A DNA stretch of 64,000 bases from Pseudomonadota bacterium (lineage in GTDB: Bacteria; Pseudomonadota; Gammaproteobacteria; UBA1113): positions 806-64,805 of the forward strand of contig JAJXVU010000009.1 of the NCBI GenBank assembly GCA_021781965.1, written 5' to 3'. The notes below the pieces were generated by a model. It had not been told where the DNA came from, searched no databases, and saw nothing but the letters and a program-made list of their open reading frames with translations. Both the position numbers and the translations under genes were made by a program. Below are positions 28,688-39,273 of this stretch, one piece after another. Position 1 is the first letter of the stretch. Each line of letters opens with the position of its first letter.

Positions 28688-29982
28688 GCTTCTATCTCAG
28701 CTACTGTTTTAATAAGGCCTGCACTTAAAACCTCGCATCCCTGTGATGTCACGACTACATCATCTTCAATGCGCACACCTATACCACGCCATTTTGCATC
28801 TACGGTCATATCGTTAGCATCAATGTAAAGACCAGGCTCCACTGTTAGCGTCATGCCTGGTTCAAATAGTCGCCATTGACCGTCTATCTTATAAGCCCCA
28901 GCATCATGCACATCTAAGCCTAAGAAGTGGCCGGAACCATGCATATAAAATTGTAAGAATGCTTTTTCCTCGATCAGCGTAGTGACATTGCCTTTGAGTA
29001 GACCCAATTTGACTAACCCTGCAGTAAGGATCTGTAACATCACATGCTGCACTTCATTCCACGCAGTGCCTGGTTTCACTGCGGCAATACCCGCTAATTG
29101 TGCCACTAAAACCAACTCATAAATTTGTCGTTGTGCCTCGCTAAAACGGCCATTGACAGGGAAAGTACGCGTTATATCAGAAGCATAATAGTTATACTCA
29201 CCACCTGCATCGATCAACAATAAATCGCCATCCCGTAACGGCGCTGTGTTTTCTATATAATGCAAAATACAGGCATTAGCCCCACCCGCTACGATGGGTG
29301 AATATGCTTGTAAACGGCAATTTTCTAAGCCGCAATGATAATTAAAATGTGCTTCAACTTGGTATTCATGCAAACCCGGTTTAGCATATTGCATCACTGC
29401 TAGATGGGCTTTAACACTGCTTTGTGCCGCATAACGCATCAATTGGATTTCATACTCGCTTTTGATGACACGCATTTCATCCACCATGCGTTGCACATCG
29501 ATGAATTCCGTAGGCCAAGAAACGCCTCTACGCACTTGTTTTTTTAAGTCCTCTTGCGCGTTCTTAATAAATTGGTCTAATTGGGGAATTCTTCCCCACG
29601 GGGCATAAACATGTTGCGCTTGTTGCAAGTAATTCGGTAATTTTTGTTGAAACTCAGTGATAGGATAGGCTTCGTCCATGTCCAATTCGCTCACAGCGCC
29701 TTCTAGTCCCAGCATAAAACCATTCCAGCGTTCCAGTTTGGGATCACGTGGACGGTTAAATAAAATACATTGCCCGCCTAAGTCCTTGGATAATATCATC
29801 AATACCGCTTCAGGCTCGGCTAAACCGCTTAAATAGAAAAAGTTGCTCTCCGGCCTATACGTAAAGGTGCTATCGCCATTGCGTAATACTTCTGGGCGTG
29901 CCATCAGCAAGGCTATACTACGAGGTTTTAACTGTGCTTGTAAGGCTAGACGGCGGCGTTTGAATTCAGCTCTATTGTTCAT
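28672..29982 (-). CDS. pepP: Xaa-Pro aminopeptidase
   Basis: 436 aa, M24B family with a pita-bread fold (HGSGHFLGLDVHD). Confidence 0.9.
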   Translation of the reverse strand: MNNRAEFKRRRLALQAQLKPRSIALLMARPEVLRNGDSTFTYRPESNFFYLSGLAEPEAVLMILSKDLGGQCILFNRPRDPKLERWNGFMLGLEGAVSELDMDEAYPITEFQQKLPNYLQQAQHVYAPWGRIPQLDQFIKNAQEDLKKQVRRGVSWPTEFIDVQRMVDEMRVIKSEYEIQLMRYAAQSSVKAHLAVMQYAKPGLHEYQVEAHFNYHCGLENCRLQAYSPIVAGGANACILHYIENTAPLRDGDLLLIDAGGEYNYYASDITRTFPVNGRFSEAQRQIYELVLVAQLAGIAAVKPGTAWNEVQHVMLQILTAGLVKLGLLKGNVTTLIEEKAFLQFYMHGSGHFLGLDVHDAGAYKIDGQWRLFEPGMTLTVEPGLYIDANDMTVDAKWRGIGVRIEDDVVVTSQGCEVLSAGLIKTVAEIEAWMAK

Positions 29983-30128
29983 TTTTTGTATTACCTTGGA
30001 TTTGCAATAATTGTCTAATTATAACATAACACGTCCTTTGATAGGTTATATCCGCTCGCCACTGAAAATACTGGATCTTGCAGTTATTTTCAATGTGATT
30101 TCGCATTATGCGAAATGTCAGCTGATAG

Positions 30129-30542
30129 CTAAATCGCGAGCTTAGTATTCAGCACGATAATGGCGTCTACTTCGACTAAAGCGCCTTTAGGCAATCGCGA
30201 TACTTCTACCGTAGTGCGTGCCGGAAAAGGAGGCGATAAATAATATTCTTGCATCACTTCATTCAGCAAAGGAAAATGATTTAAGTCTAGTAAATACACG
30301 GTGAATTTAGCGCAATCTTGTAAAGTAGCGCCGCAAGCTTTAGCCACATTTTCTAAATTCGTAAATACTTGACGCATCTGTGTTAACACATCGTCTCCTG
30401 CCATTTCACCCGTTTGTGGGAGCAAGCCTATTTGCCCGGCTAAATAAACCGTCTGCCCTACTTTCAACGCTTGTGAATAAATACCACTCGGTTCAGGGGC
30501 ATAATCGGTATAAATGGCTTTGCGTTCGCTGTGTTCTGTCAT
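30129..30542 (-). CDS. ridA: RidA family enamine/imine deaminase
   Basis: Aligns to YjgF/RidA along its length (PARTTVEVSRLPKGALVEVDAI). Confidence 0.9.
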   Translation of the reverse strand: MTEHSERKAIYTDYAPEPSGIYSQALKVGQTVYLAGQIGLLPQTGEMAGDDVLTQMRQVFTNLENVAKACGATLQDCAKFTVYLLDLNHFPLLNEVMQEYYLSPPFPARTTVEVSRLPKGALVEVDAIIVLNTKLAI

Positions 30543-30553
30543 ATTTTATACTC

Positions 30554-32695
30554 CTAAACTCTAACTACTCGTATCGTTGTTTCCAATGCGCGAATGCGTC
30601 GTAATACTTGCGCTAAATGTTTTCTATCGCGCACGGTCACCAACATAGAGACTTCACTGTAACGACCATCTTTATCTTTCACTTTCACATCTTCAATATC
30701 TGCCGAAGAATGTGAAATGGTTGCTGCCAATTCTGCTAAAACACCGCGTTTATTGTACACATCGGCCACTATCTCGGTATAAAATTCACGCGGCGTTTCG
30801 TCTTGCCAACTCAAATAAATACAGGTAGGTGTACCGTGTAAATGCTGAACCTCTTTACATTGCTCGCGATGAATCACCATACCGTGACCGGCAGATAAAA
30901 TACCAATGATGACGTCCCCCGGAATAGGTCTACAACAATCAGCAAAAGTAACCACCAACCCTTCACTGCCTTTGATGATCAGAGGGTGTTTAGCAAGTAG
31001 GCGCGTTGCTTTTTGTTTTTCTTTTTCTTCTTCTAGCACTTCATCTTTAACAGCAAAAGCCAACCGCCGTGCCACGGCTAAGGGGATCTGACTACCCAAA
31101 CCCATAGATTCTAATAATTGATCTAAGTTTTTAAATTTTGATTCTCGCAACACATGGCGTAGATTTTCTGGCGAAATGTCTTCTAAGCGTAATGATAAAG
31201 TACTCAATGCCCGCTCTAACAAACGTCGTCCCAATTGAATCGATTCGCCCAATTTTTGTTTTTGCACCGATTGTCTAATTTCGCTGCGCGCCTTGGCCGT
31301 CACCACAAAATTTAACCACGCAGGATTGGGTCTGGCTTCAGGTGCTGTGACAATTTCCACAGTCTGTCCACTCAATAGTTGGGTGCTCAAAGGCGATAAA
31401 CGGCGATTAATTTTAGCCGCCACACATGCATTGCCTATATCGGTGTGAATAGCATAAGCAAAATCAACCGGACACGCACCACGCGGTAGTTCTAAAATAT
31501 TCCCCTTAGGAGTAAACACATACACTTCATCGGGAAATAAATCGATCTTAACATTTTCAATAAATTCTAAGGAGCTATCGCCCCCTTTTTGCATCTCTAC
31601 CAAACCTTGCAGCCATGCTTGGGCGCGCAAATGAGCGCGATTTTTGCTTTTGGCAGAACTTTTATATAACCAGTGTGCAGCAATACCACTCTCAGCCATT
31701 GCATCCATGTCGTCAGTACGAATTTGAATTTCAATCGGGACGCCATAAGGACCAAACAAAACCGTATGTAAGGATTGATAACCATTGGCTTTGGGTATAG
31801 CGATATAATCTTTAAAGCGCTCTGGCACTGGTTTAAATGAAGTGTGCATCGATCCTAAAACGCGATAACAGCTGTCTACAGAGCTGACAATGATGCGAAA
31901 AGCATACCTATCCATGATTTCGGAAAAAGCAATATGTTTATTGACCATTTTTTTATAAATACTATACAGATGCTTTTCGCGCCCTAGTATTTTAATAGCA
32001 GCAATACCCGTATTCCGTAAGGCTTTTTGCAATGTGGCTTCAATTTCAGTCAAGATTTCTTTACGGTTACCGCGCGCTTTGGTCACGGACTTTTTTAACA
32101 CTTTATAACGCAACGGATAACGAGCAGCAAAACCCAGTTCTTCAAATTCAATCCGAAAACTATGCATCCCTAAACGATTGGCTATAGGTGCGTAGATTTC
32201 TAGCGTTTCTAAAGCAATACGGTTGCGTTTAGCTTCCGGCAATACGCCTAGGGTGCGCATATTGTGTAGTCTATCGGCTAATTTGATGATCACCACGCGT
32301 ATATCTTTGGCCATAGCCAAAACCATTTTACGAAAGTTTTCGGCTTGGGCTTCTGCTTTGTTTTCAAATTTGATTTGCGTTAACTTACTGACGCCATCGA
32401 CTAATTCCGCCACATCCTGACCAAACTGCTCTGCGATCGCTTGCTTGCTCACTTTGGTATCTTCAATGACATCGTGTAATAAAGCGGCTTGTAACGTAGG
32501 GGCATCCAAATGCATTTGCGCCAGAATGCCTGCAACGGCAATGGGATGGGTAATATACGGTTCGCCACTAAAACGGCTCTGCCCTTCATGGGCTTCATGG
32601 GCTACAAGATAGGCCTTACGTATGGATTCTATGGCAGCTGGAGAATAATGTGCAGATAAAATTTTAGCCAGAGGCGCAAAATAATCATCCACCAT
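30554..32695 (-). CDS. spoT: Bifunctional (p)ppGpp synthetase/hydrolase
   Basis: 713 aa. The HD motif (HDVIEDT) is intact, followed by RelA/SpoT synthetase, TGS and ACT domains. Confidence 0.9.
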   Translation of the reverse strand: MVDDYFAPLAKILSAHYSPAAIESIRKAYLVAHEAHEGQSRFSGEPYITHPIAVAGILAQMHLDAPTLQAALLHDVIEDTKVSKQAIAEQFGQDVAELVDGVSKLTQIKFENKAEAQAENFRKMVLAMAKDIRVVIIKLADRLHNMRTLGVLPEAKRNRIALETLEIYAPIANRLGMHSFRIEFEELGFAARYPLRYKVLKKSVTKARGNRKEILTEIEATLQKALRNTGIAAIKILGREKHLYSIYKKMVNKHIAFSEIMDRYAFRIIVSSVDSCYRVLGSMHTSFKPVPERFKDYIAIPKANGYQSLHTVLFGPYGVPIEIQIRTDDMDAMAESGIAAHWLYKSSAKSKNRAHLRAQAWLQGLVEMQKGGDSSLEFIENVKIDLFPDEVYVFTPKGNILELPRGACPVDFAYAIHTDIGNACVAAKINRRLSPLSTQLLSGQTVEIVTAPEARPNPAWLNFVVTAKARSEIRQSVQKQKLGESIQLGRRLLERALSTLSLRLEDISPENLRHVLRESKFKNLDQLLESMGLGSQIPLAVARRLAFAVKDEVLEEEKEKQKATRLLAKHPLIIKGSEGLVVTFADCCRPIPGDVIIGILSAGHGMVIHREQCKEVQHLHGTPTCIYLSWQDETPREFYTEIVADVYNKRGVLAELAATISHSSADIEDVKVKDKDGRYSEVSMLVTVRDRKHLAQVLRRIRALETTIRVVRV

Positions 32696-32721
32696 CTTAT
32701 CTCCCTTCTTACATAAGATTT

Positions 32722-33003
32722 TTAGAGCGTATCATCGTCCAAGGGTAATGGGTGATTCTGTGCCATTTGCTGGGACATGGGGATAGGTTGATATAGTTTA
32801 TCCCACTCATCTAATTTATCGAAGCTAATTTCGCCTACGGCCACTTCACGCAAAGCCACCACCGTGTTTTTGTCATTTTCCGCTTCAACCAACGGCTGCA
32901 TAGCTGTCATCGTTAATTGGCGAGCACGTCTTGCCGCTAATAAAACCAAACTAAAGCGATTATCGGTGTGTTTTAAACAATCTTCTACGGTAACGCGGGC
33001 CAT
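32722..33003 (-). CDS. rpoZ: RNA polymerase omega subunit
   Basis: [10 protein letters not shown]...[15 protein letters not shown]. Confidence 0.95.
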   Translation of the reverse strand: MARVTVEDCLKHTDNRFSLVLLAARRARQLTMTAMQPLVEAENDKNTVVALREVAVGEISFDKLDEWDKLYQPIPMSQQMAQNHPLPLDDDTL

Positions 33004-33046
33004 ATTTAATTCCTCTTAACTTTGTCATAGGCGAATGATTCTCCTA

Positions 33047-33670
33047 TTATAACAGGATTTTATCCAAAATGTCTCTATTTCTGGCAAGTTGGCGCTGTGT
33101 TTTCAAACTATTGGCCGTAAAAATGGCTTGTAGCTCCGCTAAGGCGCAGGAAAAATCATCATTGATTATAATATAGTCATATTCGTGACTATGCGACATT
33201 TCTTTGGCCGCTTCACCCAAACGGCGTTTAATGACTTCTGGGCTATCTAAGCGTCGCGCTTCTAATCGTTGCTGTAAGATGGCTTTTGAAGGCGGCAGTA
33301 TAAAAATCAATAGGCTATCGGGGTGAAACATACGACATTGCCTAGCGCCCTGCCAGTCAATTTCCAAAATAACATCGGTACCTTGCGCCAAAATCTGCGC
33401 CACCCAATCGTGGGAAGTGCCATAATGGTAACCAAAGACCGTGGCATATTCCATGAAACTGTTATTAGCCACCATTTGTGCAAATGTAGCTTCATCCACA
33501 AAAAAATAATTGACACCATGAACTTCACCCGCGCGCGCGGGTCGGGTTGTATAAGAAATAGACACCTTTGCATTGCTGAGTTGCGGCAACAAAGCATTGA
33601 CTAGGCTGGTTTTACCGGCTCCGGATGGGGCAGAAATAATGTATAAAGTTCCTTGTTGTGTCATCACCAC
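33047..33670 (-). CDS. gmk: Guanylate kinase
   Basis: P-loop SAPSGAGKTSL, 207 aa. Confidence 0.95.
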   Translation of the reverse strand: MVMTQQGTLYIISAPSGAGKTSLVNALLPQLSNAKVSISYTTRPARAGEVHGVNYFFVDEATFAQMVANNSFMEYATVFGYHYGTSHDWVAQILAQGTDVILEIDWQGARQCRMFHPDSLLIFILPPSKAILQQRLEARRLDSPEVIKRRLGEAAKEMSHSHEYDYIIINDDFSCALAELQAIFTANSLKTQRQLARNRDILDKILL

Positions 33671-34540
33671 TTACTCAATATTTTGGACTTGTTCGCGCAT
33701 TTGTTCTATGAGCACTTTTAGATCAACCGCCGCCTTAGAAACCTGACTATCTAAGGACTTTGATGCCATAGTATTGGCCTCACGATTGAGCTCTTGCATC
33801 ATAAAGTCTAAAGTCTTACCCACGCTACCTGTTTGCTGTAACAGGCGGCGCACTTCGGCCACATGCGTTAATAGCCGATCGACTTCTTCGCTATTATCAA
33901 TCTTTTGTGCCCAAAATACCAATTCTTGCTCTAGGCGCTGTGCATCGCCTTGTACTGGGCTTTGTTGCAACCGCTCCAGCAACTTCGCCTGCTGGCGTTG
34001 CAATAATTCCGGTTGACGCAAACCTATTTCTTTGGCCAAAGCTTCTACCCTGTGCAAACGTTCAATAATAGCTTGTTTTAAGGCTTCGCCCTCTCTTTGA
34101 CGACTGTCATTTAAAAGCTTTATGCTTTGTTCTAAGGCCGTTACAGCGATGGTTTCGATCTGTGTGACATCGATTTCCACTTCGCTAATAATGCCCGGAT
34201 ACATCAACAAACAATCTAAAGAAGGCGCACTGTGTGAAAAGGGCGATAGCGTTTCAATACGTTCTACTGCAGTCAATAAAGCCTTCAGACGCGTTTCATC
34301 GCATTGTAAAGTGCCTGTTTTATCTATAGACCATTGTAATTTTAAGCTTACGTCAATGCGCCCACGCTCAATATGCTGGCGTATGACTTCGCGAAAACGC
34401 ATTTCCAATGCGCGCACGGCCTCGGGCAGACGCATTTGAATGTCTAAGAAACGGTGATTCACCGCCCTGATTTCCCAAGATAAAGCTCCTTGCGGATGCG
34501 CCAACTCATGGCGCGCAAACCCCGTCATACTGCGTATCAT
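33671..34540 (-). CDS. yicC: YicC-family stress-induced protein
   Basis: N-terminus MIRSMTGFARHE with YicC N-terminal and C-terminal domains. Confidence 0.9.
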   Translation of the reverse strand: MIRSMTGFARHELAHPQGALSWEIRAVNHRFLDIQMRLPEAVRALEMRFREVIRQHIERGRIDVSLKLQWSIDKTGTLQCDETRLKALLTAVERIETLSPFSHSAPSLDCLLMYPGIISEVEIDVTQIETIAVTALEQSIKLLNDSRQREGEALKQAIIERLHRVEALAKEIGLRQPELLQRQQAKLLERLQQSPVQGDAQRLEQELVFWAQKIDNSEEVDRLLTHVAEVRRLLQQTGSVGKTLDFMMQELNREANTMASKSLDSQVSKAAVDLKVLIEQMREQVQNIE

Positions 34541-34671
34541 AATGACCCCTTAAATTTCTGCTTAAGGTAACAGATTTTAGGGTTCAAATCTAGCAGACAG
34601 AACCTTACTGATCTTCTCTTATATTTCTAGTATGCAAAGCTCAAATTATAAAAAAGAGGTTATCTGTGGCA

Positions 34672-37600
34672 TCATTCTTGAATTGCTTCAGTGCATACTT
34701 CTTCAAGGTACTTATTTAATTTAGATGTGAGTGCTTGCACATGCGGCTCAAAAAGCATGGTTTCATGGTTTCCTAAAGAAGGTTCTACAATTAAATTACT
34801 TTCAGATAAAGGGCGCCAGTAATTATCTTCAGATTGCATGGACTCAAAAAGATCCCAGTTTTCACTAGCCTTGAAGAGGACGATTTTGGATTTTATAGGC
34901 TTAAGTTGATACTTTTGAAGTAGCATAGATCGATGCTGCTGTATAGCTAGAAGTTCATGTATATTTTCAATTCCGCGGTCTTGATATTTTTCAAGAAATC
35001 TCTTTCTCTGAGCCTTCATAATTTTCTTGAAGCTCTTTTCGTCTTTTAACTGTTCAGGATAAACAGCCCAACCATCAAACATGGCAATGAAATCGACTTT
35101 TTCTCCAGTTAATTCTAGTTGCCTAGACATCTCAAAAGCAACAGTTGCGCCAAAGGAAGCCCCTCCTAGAACGTAGTTGCCACTGGGTTGAATCGTTTTG
35201 ATAAGTTCAATATAGAAAGATGCCATTTGCTCTATGCTACTAAATAATATCTCTCTAGATTCGAATGATGGATCTTGTATGGCATACACAGAAAAATTAT
35301 TATTTATTTTTTTTGATAATTCATTATACCAGAAAACACCGCCACCAATTGGGTGTATTAGAAATATATTTTTACCGCTACTTGCTGGCCTTATCAAAAA
35401 GATAGATTTATATTTATCATAAAATTCCGTACCGAAATCATTTTTACTTCTCTCTATGATTTCACTTAGATTAATAAGAATTCTATTTTCTAATATGTCT
35501 TTAACCATCAGCTTAACATTAAAAACTTCTTTTACTTTGGCTATGAGCATCATAGCGGAAAGCGAATCTCCTCCCAATTCGAAAAAGTCATCAGTAATTT
35601 GAGGTTTTTTTGACTGGAAAATATCGGCCCAAATTTCAATAAGGTTACGAGTCACTTCTGATAGGTTTTGATTGCCTGTATTAAAATCTACAGTCGCGTG
35701 GTTTTCTAGGGCTTTTCTGTCTATCTTGCCACTAAAATTAACGGGGATGTTATCTATAAAGTATATCTTTTTCGGGATCATATAAGACGGTACTTCAGCC
35801 TTCAAATAATCATATATCTTATTGACAGATAAGTTTTTATTCGTAGAAACGAGATAAGCCTCTAATCTAAGATCTCTATTAGCCCCCTCAATAGTGATTA
35901 CTGTACACTGTTTAATGTCTGGATGAGTCAATATAACCGCCTCTATTTCTTGCGGCTCTACACGATATCCTCTAATTTTAACTTGGTTATCTTTTCTACC
36001 CATGAACTCTATCGCACCATCATCGTAGTAAAAGGCTAAATCTCCCGTAGCATATAATCTGTTATAGGGCTCATATTGCTCAAATTTAGAAGAGATAAAT
36101 TTTTTAGCTTGGATATCTGGCTTATTTAAATAGCCTAATGCAAGCGATTCTCCGGTAATATACAGCTCGCCTAGGAACCCGGGTGGGCAGATATTATAAT
36201 AATCGTCTAAAATATAAGTTTTTACATTATGTGCTGGTTTGCCTATAGGGATGCAGTTACCATATGTATTAATATTTTTATTTGTCATGGTATGTTGTGT
36301 CATTGCCACAGTGCATTCAGTAGGCCCATACTCATTCACTATTTTCTGTAATGGATTAATATTCATCCAGCGTTCAACATCTGATTTTACTAAGGTATCA
36401 CAACCTAGAAGAACCCATTTTAGTTGGGTTAGTCTAGCAATCAGTAATGGGTGATCAAGTAATCTGCTCATATAGGCTGGTGTGCATTCAATATGTGTGA
36501 CATTATTTGTTTTAATAAAGTTTAGATAATCATAGGGGTCTGCTTTTGTTTCTTCATGGCATATTATTACTTTAGCACTGTTAAGAATAGGTACAATTGT
36601 ACAGCTAATGGATAAGTCGAATGCGATAGAGGAAGAGAATTCTATTGCGCTTTGTTCTGTAAAGTTAAATGAATCTGAGAACCAAGAGGAATAATTAAGA
36701 ACATTTTTATGGCTAACCATTACGCCCTTTGGTTTTCCCGTTGAACCAGATGTATAAATAATATAACATAAGCTTTCCCCGCCTATTTCAGCAATGTCAA
36801 TTTCATCAACATTAGCGGTTAGTTCAAAGGCTTTATCAAACCCAATCATATTGATTTTATATTTTTCAAGTAATTCTATATTTGGTGTGTTTTTCTTGTA
36901 AATAATAGCTTTTGCACCACTGTCCGTTAATATGTAGTTAATTCTTTCCAGCGGGTAATCCATATCTATCGGAACATAAGCCGCGCCTGCACACAAAATG
37001 CCAAAGAGAGTAATAAACAGTTCAAGACTTCTGTCCATATAAATAGCAACAAAATCACCTGAACAGATACCTTCTGAGCGGATATATTGAGCAAATAACT
37101 TGCTTTTATTATATAGCTGTAGATAAGTTAAATAGCCACAATCATCTGTTACAGCAACTTTATGTGGGTGTATACGGCTCAGATCCCTCAGGATTGTATG
37201 TATTGTTTTTTGTTTATATCTAGACGGCTTTTCTGTAGCATTCCATAGCCCTTTTATTCTTTCAAGGTTAATATCATTATCCATAGGTATTTTGTTTATT
37301 TGAATATCAGGTTCTACAATGACTCTTTCTAAAATATTCCGAACATAATTACTTATGTTTCTGTAGAAAGTTACCATTTGCATATTACTTTCCTCTCTAC
37401 AAAAAACAGATGCTTTCTCTCCGTCTGTTGAAATGAAAAAGTATAGCTGATGGTGATCTATAAAATATGAATTATTAATCCGATCCGTTATAATAAATAC
37501 CACGGGGATATCATTACAAGATATGTTTTTACTCCGCCTTAACCACAGGTCTCTCAAGAAAGTTTCTTTTTCATAGACAGTTCTAACTTTTTGGGAGATT

Positions 37601-38916
37601 TCGTTTTTTGCCTCATCAAATGAAACTAAAGGTGAAAAATTTGTTGTTAGCAAAACATAAGGAGATAAAGTCAAAGTTCTCTTATACAATTTTGTTAGGT
37701 TATCATGATTTAGCTTAACTGATAAATTTTTATATTGAGAGAGCCTATAAAGCAATACTAATATACTGCTTATCGTTGTGTCTAGTCTTTTTTCTATAGG
37801 TGCCATTTTTATAATGCTGGCAATGTCAATATGTTTTGGATTGATTCTAGATTTAAATTGGTATGTAGGCTCTGGCGGAAGTAGAGGCAAAGGACATTTG
37901 TAAGCGCTATTTATTTGGTCTAACCAAAAGCTTTTATGTTTATTGGCTTTAAAGAAATCTTCTTTTAAAAGAGGTTTAGAATCATATAAAATGTCGTTAA
38001 ACTTTTTATTCTTTTCTAATCCAGAATAATCAATGAGACTTTTTAAGCTTACTGGTTGGCCTTCACATGTATATATAGAAGATATCTCAACATCTTGACT
38101 TCCCGTACTAATTTGTAGAGAATTATCAGTTATATTAGTAATTATGCCAGGCGATGTGTTAGTAATATGAGTTAATTTTTGAATACTCTTAATAAGGTAG
38201 CACTCATGGCCTATAATGGTTTTAGGGTGGCCCAATAAGTTCTCTTTATTCTCAAAGAAAAGTGCTCTACACAAAGTATCTATATTGTCAGCGGTGTCAT
38301 GCCAATCAATAAAACCAAAATTTGGGACATGGTACTCTTTTCCAAAAAAGGTTCTAAGACTCATGTCTTGAGGAGATCTTTTATAGGAGCTATGCTGTAA
38401 TTCAATGACGAGCTCTCTAAACGTTTGTATGGCAGCGAACGAACACTTAACATAAAGTGTATGTGCGGTTTCGTTGTGGTCGATCGTAAAGGTTTTTTGC
38501 TTAAGAATATCTCCGGCATCAATTTCATTTGTCATAACATGCCAAGTGATACCATGTTGAGTTTCTTGGTTTAGTATGGCCATAGGTACCGCATGGAGTC
38601 CAGCATAAGTGGGGAGCAATGAATTATGGTAATTTATACAGAGCACCGAAATTTTTTCTATGACGTCCTCAGGAATAATTTTGTTATTAACTATGCTAAA
38701 AAGATAATCAATTGAATTGGTTTCCAAAAAAAGTCGCAGTGGCGCTAAATCTCGGCTATATTTTACACCATGAATGCTTGCGCAGTGCTCTATTTTTGGA
38801 TTGCAAGTAACAATCCAACTTACTTGATTTCCCATCTCTAATAATAGATGGAAGCACTCCAATGTTACACTGTCATCGCCAATGAGGGCGGATTTAAAAG
38901 AGTGTTTATTCGTCAT
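34672..38916 (-). CDS. Single-module NRPS-like megasynthase: N-terminal formyltransferase (Fmt-like) domain, about 260-aa region of unclear homology, adenylation domain, PCP and C-terminal thioesterase
   Basis: Fmt motif HNSLLPTYAGLH...HVMTNEIDAGDIL. A-domain core motifs YTSGSTGKPKGV and YATGDLAFYYDDGAIEFMGRKDNQVKIRGYRVEPQEIE. PCP motif LGGDSLSAM. TE motif GGASFGATVAFEM (GxSxG). Very AT-rich relative to flanks. Confidence 0.85.
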   Translation of the reverse strand: MTNKHSFKSALIGDDSVTLECFHLLLEMGNQVSWIVTCNPKIEHCASIHGVKYSRDLAPLRLFLETNSIDYLFSIVNNKIIPEDVIEKISVLCINYHNSLLPTYAGLHAVPMAILNQETQHGITWHVMTNEIDAGDILKQKTFTIDHNETAHTLYVKCSFAAIQTFRELVIELQHSSYKRSPQDMSLRTFFGKEYHVPNFGFIDWHDTADNIDTLCRALFFENKENLLGHPKTIIGHECYLIKSIQKLTHITNTSPGIITNITDNSLQISTGSQDVEISSIYTCEGQPVSLKSLIDYSGLEKNKKFNDILYDSKPLLKEDFFKANKHKSFWLDQINSAYKCPLPLLPPEPTYQFKSRINPKHIDIASIIKMAPIEKRLDTTISSILVLLYRLSQYKNLSVKLNHDNLTKLYKRTLTLSPYVLLTTNFSPLVSFDEAKNEISQKVRTVYEKETFLRDLWLRRSKNISCNDIPVVFIITDRINNSYFIDHHQLYFFISTDGEKASVFCREESNMQMVTFYRNISNYVRNILERVIVEPDIQINKIPMDNDINLERIKGLWNATEKPSRYKQKTIHTILRDLSRIHPHKVAVTDDCGYLTYLQLYNKSKLFAQYIRSEGICSGDFVAIYMDRSLELFITLFGILCAGAAYVPIDMDYPLERINYILTDSGAKAIIYKKNTPNIELLEKYKINMIGFDKAFELTANVDEIDIAEIGGESLCYIIYTSGSTGKPKGVMVSHKNVLNYSSWFSDSFNFTEQSAIEFSSSIAFDLSISCTIVPILNSAKVIICHEETKADPYDYLNFIKTNNVTHIECTPAYMSRLLDHPLLIARLTQLKWVLLGCDTLVKSDVERWMNINPLQKIVNEYGPTECTVAMTQHTMTNKNINTYGNCIPIGKPAHNVKTYILDDYYNICPPGFLGELYITGESLALGYLNKPDIQAKKFISSKFEQYEPYNRLYATGDLAFYYDDGAIEFMGRKDNQVKIRGYRVEPQEIEAVILTHPDIKQCTVITIEGANRDLRLEAYLVSTNKNLSVNKIYDYLKAEVPSYMIPKKIYFIDNIPVNFSGKIDRKALENHATVDFNTGNQNLSEVTRNLIEIWADIFQSKKPQITDDFFELGGDSLSAMMLIAKVKEVFNVKLMVKDILENRILINLSEIIERSKNDFGTEFYDKYKSIFLIRPASSGKNIFLIHPIGGGVFWYNELSKKINNNFSVYAIQDPSFESREILFSSIEQMASFYIELIKTIQPSGNYVLGGASFGATVAFEMSRQLELTGEKVDFIAMFDGWAVYPEQLKDEKSFKKIMKAQRKRFLEKYQDRGIENIHELLAIQQHRSMLLQKYQLKPIKSKIVLFKASENWDLFESMQSEDNYWRPLSESNLIVEPSLGNHETMLFEPHVQALTSKLNKYLEEVCTEAIQE

Positions 38917-39273
38917 AATTTATACCCCTATCTTCGCATTATATTTACCCAGCAACGCGACTGCAAAATAATATTATCTTACTCCAATGAGATCTTACTT
39001 TCTATAACCTATTGATTTTTAAGTAACAGAAAGTGATAAATGTGCTACTTATGCTATTTAGCATTTGACAATCATAAAGCCATAAAAAACCGAAAAGTCA
39101 TGCCTGGCGCCCTTCCAATAATAAGTCATTCCATGATATTATTAGAACTAACGGACAATGTGGTGAACTTTTTACGTTATAGTATACACATATTGAGCAC
39201 AATAATAAAGATTTTATTACAATGGTCAGGGCATATGGCTAGTGATAACATTATTACTGTCTTATTTCAATGA

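Noticed and set aside
39040-39273. 77-aa ORF immediately upstream of the hybrid kinase
   Set aside because: It lies in the AT-rich divergent promoter region, has no recognisable ribosome-binding site (unverified by eye) and has low-complexity composition.
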